From Podarcis tiliguerta (lineage: Eukaryota), in the NCBI GenBank assembly GCA_965153285.1, contig OZ229111.1: DNA of 64,000 nucleotides; one strand, 5' to 3'. Made by a program: the position numbers and the translations under genes. Positions 13,214 through 24,500 of this stretch are shown here, piece by piece. The number at the start of each line of letters is the position of its first letter. Within the stretch, counting starts at the first letter, position 1. The notes beneath the pieces are model-generated. The model was given only the letters and a program-made list of their open reading frames with translations, did not search any database and was not told the origin of the DNA.

Positions 13214-14625
13214 AATAGCTTGCAGTTTGGATTAGCCAGGTTTGATGTCTTATTCTTAGTTTTCCTGGAAATCTAGATGTGTCCTATAAAGAAACCACAG
13301 GGGTAAGCAAGCTATACATACTGTCAGTTCCCCCAAAAAGCAATCCTAGGATAATATGAAACAATCTGAACTGTCCTAATATAGAGCTGTATCAAATCAA
13401 TACACAAATCCACTGAATCTCAGGTGTATGATGGTGGTAACACATTTTGCCTGTATGGAAAATCACTGTTGAATTCACTTAACGCTTAATTCCTACGTAC
13501 ATGTACAGCTTATATAGTATGTGACCTATGGAAGAGAATGTTAAATGTCCTTAATTTCATTAGATCTACTTGTACCATAATCAATACCAGCAAAATGCAC
13601 TCTACATCTCAAAACATTATTTTTACAAATTATAGGAGAGAGCATAGCGGGTATCATAAAGCTATATAAGCAACAGGAACGTTTTTCAGTGTACTCCCCA
13701 TTTTGAGGAGTGTAACTCCTCTGAAGCTGAATTATATGCACCTGTGTGTTCATGCATTAGGACTTTGAGCTGAGTAACGCACAAGTTTATACAGGCTTGA
13801 GGTCTATTTCTTGGGGCATATTGTGGTTAACTTAGGTTAAATTACCCCCAAATTACAGTACAATTTCAAGCCCTTAAAGCAGGTGTGGCTAATGTGCAGG
13901 CTGCATCCAGTTCCAAGAGACCGGGGGGGGGGGATGCATGACACTGACACACATACACATTTTATTATTTAAATAATAATAAAGCCACTTCTATACTTGG
14001 CCATGACATGCAGCCCTCTGAAGACTGATCCTGGATCAATGTGGTCGTTGGCTCAAGAAACATTAGCCAACCCTGCAAAGGCTAATAATAGATGAACCAC
14101 TCACTGCTTCCCTTGATTCAGCAGCTGTTTAGAGCGACTGAAACAAGCTGAAAAGGGGGAAATGTACTAAAGTTTTCCAGAGCAAAGCTTCCAGAATTCT
14201 CTGCGGCCATGCATGGACAAGTGTCATGATTGCTTGCTACATCTGAACCAGCCCAGTGTCATGCCAAACAGGTTCCCTAAAATGAAAAGAGAAGCAGTAC
14301 TACAAGTTGTATTTGTGGAAGGGTTTATAAAAACAGGTGATAAATCAATAAACCAACGATGAAATGTTTTAGATGTACAATTAATTACAGCTTCTGAAAT
14401 AAATATAAGTATTGTAACCGGTCTTTACTGTTCAGTTCCTGGGTAGCTGTGACTACAATAAAACAACTACAGCATCTTCCAGCAACCTGGGTAGCAAAAA
14501 CTTCATAGGACTCGAAACAGTCATCGTTCAGTCTGAACACTTGTAATTTTCTTAATTTAGATGTGAAAGGCAAGTAGGATTTCGAAGTTCAGATTTCACC
14601 TCATCTAAATTATTCAGCGTCAAAG

Positions 14626-14687
14626 TCATCTTCCTTCCAAATTTTGCTCATGCTGTCTCTCAGACCTTTTTCTACGGTAAACGTCAT
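14626..14687 (-). CDS. SMIM4: SMIM4 last coding exon (YDVYRRKRSERQHEQNLEGR*)
   Basis: ttttacag acceptor ending 14688; TGA at 14628-14626. Confidence 0.94.
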
Positions 14688-17467
14688 CTGTAAAATATTT
14701 ATTTTTCAAAATACTGTGGTGGAAACATCCTTTAAATGCATCTTACATTTATTACATCACTTCGTTAGACAGCTATTCCCCCCCCCCCCCGGGCAATGTA
14801 AACAATCAACTGAATGGGCTGATTCATGCCAAACCAGATCACAGGACCAAATATCATATTTTGAAGAATATACCATGGCAATGAGTGAATGATTTATAGA
14901 AGCAAAGCTTGTTAGAACAAGGATGGGGAATGTGATCTGACCAAAGCACTGGATCTAGAACTGACCCACCAGTAGACCCTTTTTAATAGGCGAGTGGGAA
15001 CATCCAGTTATCAATCATCTGATATATATATGGTGAATCAAAGCTTAAGCTGTAGCAGAAGTGTTAGGCTTATCTCTGATCTTAATACTTTTTGTCCCAC
15101 AGCACTACAGTTGGAGATAAGCCTCTCCTACTGCCTTTCACTATCAAGCAGCAAGTAGAGGCACATCTCCTAGTGTAGTAGGACAAGAGAACCAAGAGAA
15201 GAGACAAGCCTCTGCTTGTTCTTTGATGATAAAAGACAGTAGAGTCTTATTTATCTCTGATCTTGTGCTGTAATTCCACAGCACTGTGATCAGAGAACGG
15301 CTGCCTGCTCTGGCAGTTTACGTCAAAGAGCAGGCAGAGGCTTATCTGATCTTAGCACTAACCTTCAAAGAAGAGATCCCTCATCTCCAAGGTTAGATCA
15401 AAGATAACAGATCCAGCCATGTTCCAATTCAGAATACCAGAAATTATATAACCAGGCACCATAAAACAGGTGAATATGGTTTAACCAAAATAGCCTCATG
15501 GGAGAAACTAGCCAGGCTACTGCTGACTTAAGTCTGCTACCTATTTCATGAGATGATACTGCTGGTACTTACCCGTGAAGGGTTGTTTTTCATGCATGTA
15601 GGATGACAGCCAATGGTTGACAGCAGAAATTGATGTTCAAATCAATCTTCTGGCACTCTAAGGCATCCATTGCCAGTTTAATTATTACAAGCCCAGAAAA
15701 GTGGAATAAGCCAAAGGCAGAACAGTGGCAGAAAATAAGACAATACTCCCTGCCAAAAGAACTGAGAAGCATGAAGATATGGAACAAAAATTAAATAACA
15801 AGTAGTTTGAGAGAGGCAGACCCCATAGCCAACCAGAGTGAGGCTCTGATGTCATCTTAGATGCACAAAAAAGATGTATCACAGGATAAGTATCAATGGA
15901 CTGATTAAAGAGACTGTAGACCAAATCGTATTCAGCGCAGGGAAACAGGTTGTGGAATAAATAAGAGGGTCCTCTCTTAATTGATTTTTAACTTTTTCAT
16001 CAGACTATAGAGGAAGGTAGATTGAGAGAAAGGCAGGCAAAGATGGCTGAGGGGAGGGGAGGGCAGGTGGCTTTGGGGGTGGGAGAGAAGGAAGGAGACG
16101 GAGAACTTCAAGGTGGCAAAGTACGGAAAAAGTCAGAAAAAAACAATTGCCAGCAGCACAGAAGGGTCAGCAAGGGTCCCACAAATAGCCACACACCAAG
16201 AACAGACAAAAAATGAAGGAAAGACTGCCCTGAACAAACAATATGAGGCAGGGAGTGAAGTGACAACTGAGGCAGAAAAATAAAACTGGCTATGGATGCC
16301 TCAGAGCAGAGTTTTTCAACTGGTCCAAGCCTGATCCAAGGTGGGTCATAACAGGAGCACTATCACCATGGAAGTATGGGGACCCATTTCTTAATCTTTT
16401 ACCACAAATACATGTTCGGGTTAAAAATGGGTCCTGGATCTGAAAAGGTTGAAGATAGCTGCCTTAGCATGCCAAAATTATCTTTGATATGAGCAGTGAT
16501 TCCCACTGTCAACCATCTGGGGAGCTCTTCCCCCCAACCTAACTTCACCTACATGCACAAGAAAATTATTAGATTATTTGACCAGGGCCGTGTTGCTTAA
16601 GGCTATTTGAATTAGCTTTAGTTTGTCTTACCATTTGATAGGGAGAATGATGCATGAGAAAGAACCACCTGGGTGTAGTACCAACACTCAACAAAGCTGG
16701 TAAAACCATTTTGAGAAAAACAGACTTCCTTGGTGGCTGTGGCTGAGGATCATTCATTCACAGAGAACAATATACTACCACTGCCTTAAATTTCTAGAGG
16801 CTCATCCCTCCTCAAAAACCTATTTAAATGTGGATTCTCCAGGTAGCTATCAGTTCATCTCTAACTTTTTCAAGGGAGGGGGAAGATCACTGAGCATATA
16901 CAGTAGCTGACTAAACCATCAACTTCTTAAATGACCAGTCTAGGTATTGAATTGGGCATAGCACTGAAATTGCACTTTGTGAAATATGTCACTTGTCTCT
17001 TAGAAGAGCAGCAAGGGCAACTGCATCCCATTAAAGAGTTCTGAGACCTTTGATACCATTAGCCATAAAGTCTTAAGTTACCCATATTGTGGTTACCTAT
17101 TTGAGATCATATTGGGCTATTTCTCCATTTAATAAAAACTGAACATAAAGCAAAGCAAATCTTCAGGTATGATTATTCAAGCAATTATGGACTTATTTTA
17201 GAGGTAGTAATGGGTTACACAAACTAGGAAATATCTGTTAAGTCTAGGCTTTTAACAATGACTGTAGATATATCTGCTAAGAGAAAAATACTAGATAACT
17301 TTATGAAAATACTTACAAAAAGTCTCTCTCCCAATTCGGACTCTGATCATAAACCATTCCATAGCACCTCCAAGGATAAAAAAGAAAGGGAGAAATCTAT
17401 ATACTCCAAAGCGTTGCTTTCCAGGTACCATGTTCAAGAGTAGTTTTATTTTATGTTTGACAAGCAT
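14626..17467 (-). CDS. SMIM4: SMIM4/UQCC5, 70-aa mitochondrial inner-membrane complex III assembly factor; join complement(17467-17317,14687-14626)
   Basis: Translation MLVKHKIKLLLNMVPGKQRFGVYRFLPFFFILGGAMEWFMIRVRIGRETFYDVYRRKRSERQHEQNLEGR* matches SMIM4 (VPGKQRFG.YRFLPFFF.LGG.MEW...ETFYDVYRRK); GT-AG phase-1 intron; syntenic position between PBRM1 and NT5DC2. Confidence 0.96.
17317..17467 (-). CDS. SMIM4: SMIM4 first coding exon (aa 1-50; whole exon probably 17509-17317)
   Basis: ATG at 17467; gtaagt donor at 17316; ttttctag acceptor ending 17510. Confidence 0.94.
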
Positions 17468-19009
17468 TTTACATAGGAACTTATAATCCTTGCAAGGGAG
17501 TGGTTGATCCTAGAAAATGTAAAAAATTGATGATTGATTAATAAACCTATATGGAGAGTAGCTAATGAAACCAGCTGGGTTTCATATCTTTCTTGTACAG
17601 TACACACAACTTGACCCTGTGCAATAAACATTCAAAACTCAAATGATAAAGAGCTATGCAGACTGATCTATGCATGCTTTCTCATTAGTAAATTCCACTT
17701 AATTGGCAATTATTCCTAGGACAGTGTGCATATGAATATATTCTTGAATTTATATGCATTCTATCATTTTCACATTCATTTATAGAATGACTCATATATA
17801 GCACTATGACAGTATTTTAATCCACACAAGGTTTTCAGCTTCCAGATGAAATGATCCCCCCTCTCCTCCCCTATGCACTAATATGAGGGTTCTCCTGAAT
17901 TACTCACCAAAAAACCCTGGAAACCACTTTCCCAACAGTAGAACATAATTATGCTTCTGTTAAACATTTATTTAGCACTAGCTGTCAGGTATATTTTACA
18001 GTTTGAAATGCAAGGACCCCTAACAATAATTAACAGAATAAATTTAGCACACTGACCTTGCAACTTTATATTTGTGTTTCTATGTCTGGGATGCAACCTA
18101 GTCAGGTTCACGTCAACAAGTGAGAAATAAAGACTCCACTGCAATATCAAATCATTTCTGCAGCATTCAGTGTATAAACAGTGTGTATTCCACACACAAG
18201 GAAAAGAGAAATACTGAGAAGTAAAAACAAGAGCCAAGCTTCGACATGAAACTTGCAAAAGTTCATTAAAGTTAACAGAGCTTCTGTGTGAATATTTAGC
18301 TCCATTTGTTTTACTGAATAATGGAAAAAAAATCACCCAGTACTCTGACTGGTAAATAAATGCCAGTTTTCTTGTTTATCGTTTTGCTAACATGTAAAAA
18401 GTTTTGCAAGTTTCCTGAACTACCTTATGTAAAGTTAGCTGATTATAAGTAGTATACATATTTAACATACTTAAGAATAAGTACAGTATTCATTCTTATT
18501 CATAGGGAGCTCAGTGGAAAAAATATGGAAAGCCACTGCAAGTTTTACTTTCAATGGGACTTATTTCAGAGTAAACATGCATAGGATCAGGAGGGCTATT
18601 AATTAAATCTGATTAAAACTTTCAGTCCTATATTTTACATTTGCCATTTTCTCCAGGTGTCCTTAAGTATATTTGGAACATTACCTATTTTCTTGTACCT
18701 GCCCCTTGTAAATCACTGCCCCTATTGGCTGTTGGAACAGGCTACTGATCCCTGTTTTATACAGATTGTATATTTGAGGTACCTACAGAATTTTATAGTG
18801 TGTATCAGTCAATAGGCCCAGTAGACCCTTCATGAAACTTAATCACTACTTCAGCCTACTATTTACAACTGCTTTCTCTTTGCATTTAAGACAAATAGCT
18901 ACCTATTCTCAACAAACATGCAACTAGATGCTTGTTTATCAGGTGGTCCTGTTCCTGGAGGAAAAAAGGGCTAAATTAATACCTTAGTCATGACTCGTTT
19001 TAGTCTTGT

Positions 19010-19415
19010 TTTCAGTTAGTCTGTTAGCCAATCTAGTCCTTCATCCAGGACAGGATGGAAGCTGGGCATAAACACAGCAGCATTTCCTCCTTTTGTAATT
19101 CCCAGTAACTAGTATTCAGAGGCTATCAATTTCCAATAACCATCGTGACTAGCAGCCTTTCCCTCCATTAATTTTGTCTAAACCCAGGGCCAGCCCATGC
19201 ATGAGACAAGGGGAGGCGACTGCCTCAGGTGGAAGGACCCATAGGGTCAGCAGACTCCCTTGTTATCTTTATGCCTGCCCCCCTTCCTGATGCAGCTCTT
19301 CACCCACTCCTCCTTCCCTGGCGGGGAGGAAGGGGGCCGCCATTCAGTGGTTTGCCTCAGGCGGCAAAATGTCTTGGGCGGACCCTGTCCAAGCCCCTTT
19401 TGAAGCCGCCCACTG
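19010..19415 (-). mobile_element. CR1 LINE 3'-end fragment, interrupted by the MITE at 19185-19387
   Basis: Resembles a reptile CR1 3' region (catcgtgactagcagcc...ctccattaattttgtctaaacc, resuming as ccttttgaagcc after the MITE); recognised from memory. Confidence 0.5.
19185..19387. mobile_element. hAT-type MITE nested in a CR1 fragment
   Basis: TIRs CAGGGCCAGCCC...GGGCGGACCCTG; degenerate 8-bp TSD TCTAAACC/TCCAAGCC. Confidence 0.7.
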
Positions 19416-19775
19416 TTTCATCTTGCAGTACAAAACTCCACAGCTTAACTATTAAGCTTCCTTAGGTGACCCTTAGTTTCCGCACTATGAGAACGGGCGG
19501 GTGACTTTCTCCGCAAGGTGCATCATTTTATTCACCTCTTAGCCCTATGTTCCACCACCATCACCCGCGTCTTTTATTCGCCACTCCACTGACACCTTCC
19601 AGTCTCTTGTGGGCCCGAGTTTGGAGCGCTTATTGCAGCAGCTCCTCCACCCCGACCACCCCACCCCTCGCAGGTTCAACTGTCATAACGGCAAATACCC
19701 CCACTCTGCGTTTTCGAATTCACCCAATCACTGAGCCGCCCTGAAGACTCTGCCGCAGGCGCGGCAGGCCCTCAC

Positions 19776-19851
19776 CTTGGAGCCTAAAGAGCAGACCTGT
19801 GCGAGGCGGCAGACTTACCCCTTGTGGGCAAGAGACGACGGAAGAGGAAAA
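19776..19851 (-). other. SMIM4: Putative non-coding first exon of SMIM4 with two alternative donors (exon ends at 19819 or 19776)
   Basis: Minus-strand GG|GTAAGT at 19818 and AAG|GTGAGG at 19775, inside the CpG island just downstream of GC box, CCAAT and CRE half-site motifs. Confidence 0.6.
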
Positions 19852-21208
19852 CTCGCCCCGCCTCCTACTGACGCGCTAAGGGAAATAGCCGGATCCCATT
19901 GGCTCGCTGCGCTAGAGGGCGTGGCTTGCGGAACAGATGAGGAATAGGCGGGAGGAGATGGGTTTTTTGCTCTCGCTGAGGAACTCGAGCGCTAATGGTG
20001 GGCCCGAGAGCGCAAGGGAGCAAGGTGGCAGCCAGGTCCTAGCGATATTAAAGGCACGCTGGGTTCAGTGGGAGTACTCCCGAGTAAGGGGCACAGGATT
20101 TCAGGTCTCCGCCATAAGCTTCCAGGTGTCCCCTTGTTGCTTTTCTCTAAACTACAAAACAGGAAGGTCTAGTGTTTCAGGGAATGCTCGTAGGGGCGGG
20201 GACAAGACTCGTGCTGAAGATACAGGATCCAGAAAAAAGCCGTGTTGTAGATGTTGGCTGTATTAGCGCTGCGTTGTGCAACTTGGATGCATATTCGACT
20301 GGCTGTTACTTCCCTTCAAAATAATTCCAGTGCGTCATTTCCTGACAGTGGAACTATTAGTCTGCATGGCGGGGAAAAGAACTGCCATGTGGCATCTTAA
20401 AGGCCAACATTTATTATGGCATGTTTATTAATAATAATTTATTAACCGCCGAAGATCACGCCAAATCTCACTGGGCTCACAGAAGCCCTGTGGCGCTTAT
20501 TCCTTGGTAAGAATTCATAGGAGTAAGCCCCGCTGAAAGCAATGGAACTTATTTCTGAATAAATAGGCTTAGCGTGGAGAAGCAATTCCCTTCTCTCTTC
20601 TCCCTCCATCCATTTATTTCACTGAGAGCTCCTCTAACGAATAAACGTCCCCTCTTTATCCAGACAGGCAGAAACAACTAAGCGAGGAAAAGCAGACGAC
20701 AAATAGAAACCGTAGCCCAAACCTCCCTCTTCCCCACGGCAAGAACCGCAGCGCAACACAATCGTTAAGCGCGCAGTCTTTTGGAAAACATCCCCGCACT
20801 GAATGATTTAAATGCCTTCTAGCTGGGCGGGCGAAAAGGCTCACGGGTGTGGTAGTCCTTGGCTCCTCGAATACTCGGAGAGAGGCCGCTAGGAAAAGAT
20901 TCGCTCAGCCTACAAATCCCAAGTCGCCACGCAGCGCCTGGGTTCGGGGACCCCGCCGCCTGCTCCCTCCTCGCAAGGGGTCTCTCCTGATGGGGCGCCA
21001 GGGATTGGCCAGCTTGGCTGCGCTTCCATTGGCTGGCTGGCTCTTGCGCGGCGGCGGCGGTGGCTGGAGAAGTCGCGTCGCGCGGCCAGTGGCCGGAGCA
21101 GAGAGCAGGGGACTGCGAGGGGCTGAGGTGGCCTTTTCGTGCTTCTCTGAGGTTATGGCCTTTTAACCCCCCCACGGAAGAGGTGTCCTGCCGCCCCGGA
21201 GAGGCTCC

Positions 21209-21542
21209 ATGGCTGCCGCGGGACTCAAGGCTGCAGGCGCCAGCGTGTGGAAGAGCGGCGGAGTCGGTCTGCAGCTGGTGGCCGCTGCCGCTTCCACTCA
21301 CAGCTGCGCCTCCAAAGGCAGCGGAGACGGGCGCGCTGGCTGCAGCCAGCCGAGGGCCCACCAGCACCAGTCGGCGGGACACTCGCCACCGCCACCGCCG
21401 CCGCCCTCCTTGAACGGCAAAGTCAAGAGAGCCGGGGACTCCAGCCATGCAGCTACTGCCCCTTTGGGCAGCCCCGTTGAAGGGGTCGACACTAAGTCCT
21501 ATCTCTGGGCCAGGTACCACGAGATGAAAAAGCTGGTTTACG
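21209..21542 (+). CDS. NT5DC2: NT5DC2 exon 1 ([10 protein letters not shown]...[14 protein letters not shown])
   Basis: tccATGG start; gtaacc donor at 21543; conserved LWARY motif. Confidence 0.88.
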
Positions 21543-24500
21543 GTAACCAAAATATTATTATTATTATTATTATTAGCCTTCCCACGCGGGGTGGGAGATT
21601 TGACTGTGTGCCTGATGCATTTGTGGAAGTGGAACCTGATGGTGATAAATTGCAATGCTTCCTCCCCCAGCTGCCCCACTGCAAATCGTTAGCCCTGTTG
21701 GGAGCCATCAGATTAAGCTGTTCGCAGCCTGGTTTTATATGAAAAGGAGTGCAGTACCGTAGCTGTGTTCTAATTTCGCCAGGGAGCTGTGTGGCCAGAA
21801 TCCCATCTGATTGCTTTTGTTGGTTTGTCCAACATGTTTCATCAGATATTCATTTGTCACTGTAGAGAGCAAGCAGGAGTTTCTAGATCCGCAGCCCTCC
21901 AAAGTTAGAATGGCTTCAAATACTCTTTTGAGAATAGATGTCTGCTCAGATGAGAAGGGCATAAACCAAGTTAGATCATATGGGACACATGTTAATATAC
22001 AGCTGAGTTCCTTCAATCACTTAGATATCAGCATCTAGTGTACTGTATTCTTGTAATAGATAGGTAAGATTATTATTAAGTTCTCATCTGCCCACTTTAG
22101 GGCCTTTCATATCCTATATGATGTATTGTTAACGTCTACATCTGAAACCATTTTGTATTTCTAGTATGCCCTCAGTGAGTAAATGTCCCCTTGGCAAAGT
22201 CATAATCAGTAGTTTACCATTGCCAAGTATGTTAAATGCTAGTGGAAGAAACTAGCAGGGACAACAATTTCAAGATAACAGATGTAAAAAAATACCAGAT
22301 TCATTTACTCTAAAACCCAGTGATATGGGGTGGAAAATTTTACAGTGCTATATTTTTCTATAGTAAATCTGCAGTCTAAAAATGCATGTTCATAAAAATA
22401 AATAACGCAATGAGCTGATACAATATCAGTCATGTTGGGCAGTTTCAAATTTGTAATTAATAGACTATAACCATCTATTAAATAATGGGCATGCAGCTCT
22501 TCAGATTGCTAAAAGCGGTATGTTAAGATTTTTTTCAATACCTTCCTTTCACCCCATAAAATTTAAACAACGGAAGTCTATGTTACTGAGTTGTCATGAA
22601 TTAAAATATTTTCAAATGTTCTAATCTTAAAAATCCAAGTAAGCTCTTGAGTTTATTTGTATATTTGATACTTGTTGCACCCTGCAGCATAATTGTATCT
22701 CTGTCACCTGGCAATAACCTAGTACTGTTCTCAGGAACCTACCCCACAAGTTGGAAGAGAATGAATACAGTACAGTGCCTTCAACTACCACCCCATGGTC
22801 ATCAGCTGAAAGTTGTTGAGGGATCAAGCAAAAGTAACAGAGCTGCAATTCCCCCTTTCCCTCACCCAATAAAGGTCACCTATCAGGAGGGCCCACGCAT
22901 AAAGCTCAGGTGGCAGGATCCACAGGAGCAGCAAATCCCAATGTATGTATTTATTTCCTCCCTTGTTCCTGGTGGAAATCTTCACCCCTTTTTTCCTGGT
23001 GGAGAGAGGGCACCTTTTTGTGAGTCACCAAAGGTGTCAAAATCATGTAGTGGGTTGGCCCTGCCTGTCAGGGTGACCAAAGCCAATTCTGTCCTGAAAC
23101 CAGACCAGAACCTGGAATGAAAAGGTTCAAGATAATAGTTTCATTCAGTCTGGTGGTGAGTTGGATAAGCGCAAAACAAGCTGAAACTCGGGTCAGATGT
23201 TCTGATCCCTTTGGGAGAGACTTTGTAAATGGGGTTACATACCTCCTTAAGACAGAGTTGGACAGTTCTCTGGGTGATCTGAAGTAGGTTATCAAGGATT
23301 TCTCGCTCATAGTTGTTTAACTAAGAATGACCCTACATTATAAGTAAGAATGACCCTAAATTATACTCCTCAAATGAATAGTTTGGGGATGTGAGTAGAC
23401 CATTCCCAAACTGTAGAAAAATTGAGTTCCATTCAGTTCTGGTATCCAAAGCAAACTGCTGAACTGAGAATTCTTTACACCTGGCTCCAGTTAGCAGAGC
23501 TAGTAAAAACAAGCTAGTTCCCTAAGCCTGAAGTTTGCCTGAAGGTGCTGGTATGGTGGAGTGGGAGCAGTGGTCTGGAGACTTTTTTTTTTAAATCAGC
23601 TTTAGCTGATTTCCAAACTTTGGGAACTCATGGGGAATAGTTCCCTGACCATTGTTTTGCATGCTTGTAACTTCTAGATTGGGTTTCTGCTTCAGGCTGC
23701 TCCTGAAGTGCTTTTGCAAACTTCAGCTGAGGGAATTTAGAATGTGACAGCCAGATTATTGACAAGTATCAGGGAGCAGATAGCATCTATTTTGAAACAG
23801 CTCCCCTGGTTCCTGGGTGGTTTCTGAGTGCAATTCAGAACATTTACCTTTCTTGCTCTAAGCAGACTAGTCAGCATTTTAAAGTAGTGGCCAGAAGTCA
23901 CCAGTGGCCCTCAGCACTTCAGCTTGCCCTGCCCCCCAACAGCATTTTAGTTGAATGGACGCTAACAGCAGTTCTCCACATGCATGGTTCAGAGGCGCCT
24001 GTGGGAGTTGGTTAGAGAGGGAGGGAGGTAGGAAGGAGCCTGTAAGGTTCAAACTGGAGGGAGGAAGAGAGAAAGAAAGGGAGGAAATGGATGCGGAACC
24101 AAGCATGGGCTATGGGAAGGAGGGTAGTGAAAGGCATAAATGTGACTAAGGGGAGAAGAAAATGAAAAGCTCCCAGTGCTCCTGCTGAGCCTTCCATGGC
24201 TTATGCTAAGTCTGATTTGCTGGAGCCTTTGTTTTCCCCACAATGGACCTGGCTTCTTATATTAAAAACGTAAGACAATATGCTAAAACATCAGTTAACA
24301 AAACAAGCTTAGTCTTAATCCTGTTTAACCTGGGTGCTGTGTGACTTAAGGATCAACTGCAAATCTGTGGTGATGAGTTTGGGAAGTTAGTTGTTTTGTG
24401 GTGTTTCCATTTGCATATTAATGGTAGCAACATCTTGTGGTAGCTAACTTGTTCCCACTTGGGGGGTGTTTTCTCATTAGATAGCAGTAGTCCTGAGGAA

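Larger units (their letters stand above)
19480..21560. promoter_or_regulatory. Bidirectional CpG-island promoter region for SMIM4 (-) and NT5DC2 (+)
   Basis: Strong local CpG/GC enrichment; ETS CGGAAG 19839-19844, GC box 19855-19865, TGACG 19869-19873, ATTGG (CCAAT) at 19898, 21004 and 21028; divergent gene starts. Confidence 0.85.

Noticed and set aside
14620-14628. SMIM4 stop in a TGA-C context (possible read-through)
   Set aside because: Not the TGA-CTAG motif, and a second in-frame TGA follows after one codon
20656-20844. 62-aa minus-strand ORF containing RFLPW..RFG, superficially SMIM4-like
   Set aside because: The real SMIM4 coding exon is at 17467-17317; this resemblance is coincidental and has no splice support
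20819-21679. 286-aa minus-strand ORF and other overlapping ORFs in the CpG island
   Set aside because: Antisense or off-frame shadow of GC-rich NT5DC2 exon 1; stop codons are rare in such DNA and no domain is recognisable
23322-23366. 23-bp tandem duplication TAAGAATGACCCTA(C/A)ATTATA
   Set aside because: Ordinary slippage duplication within TE-derived intron sequence, with no sign of function
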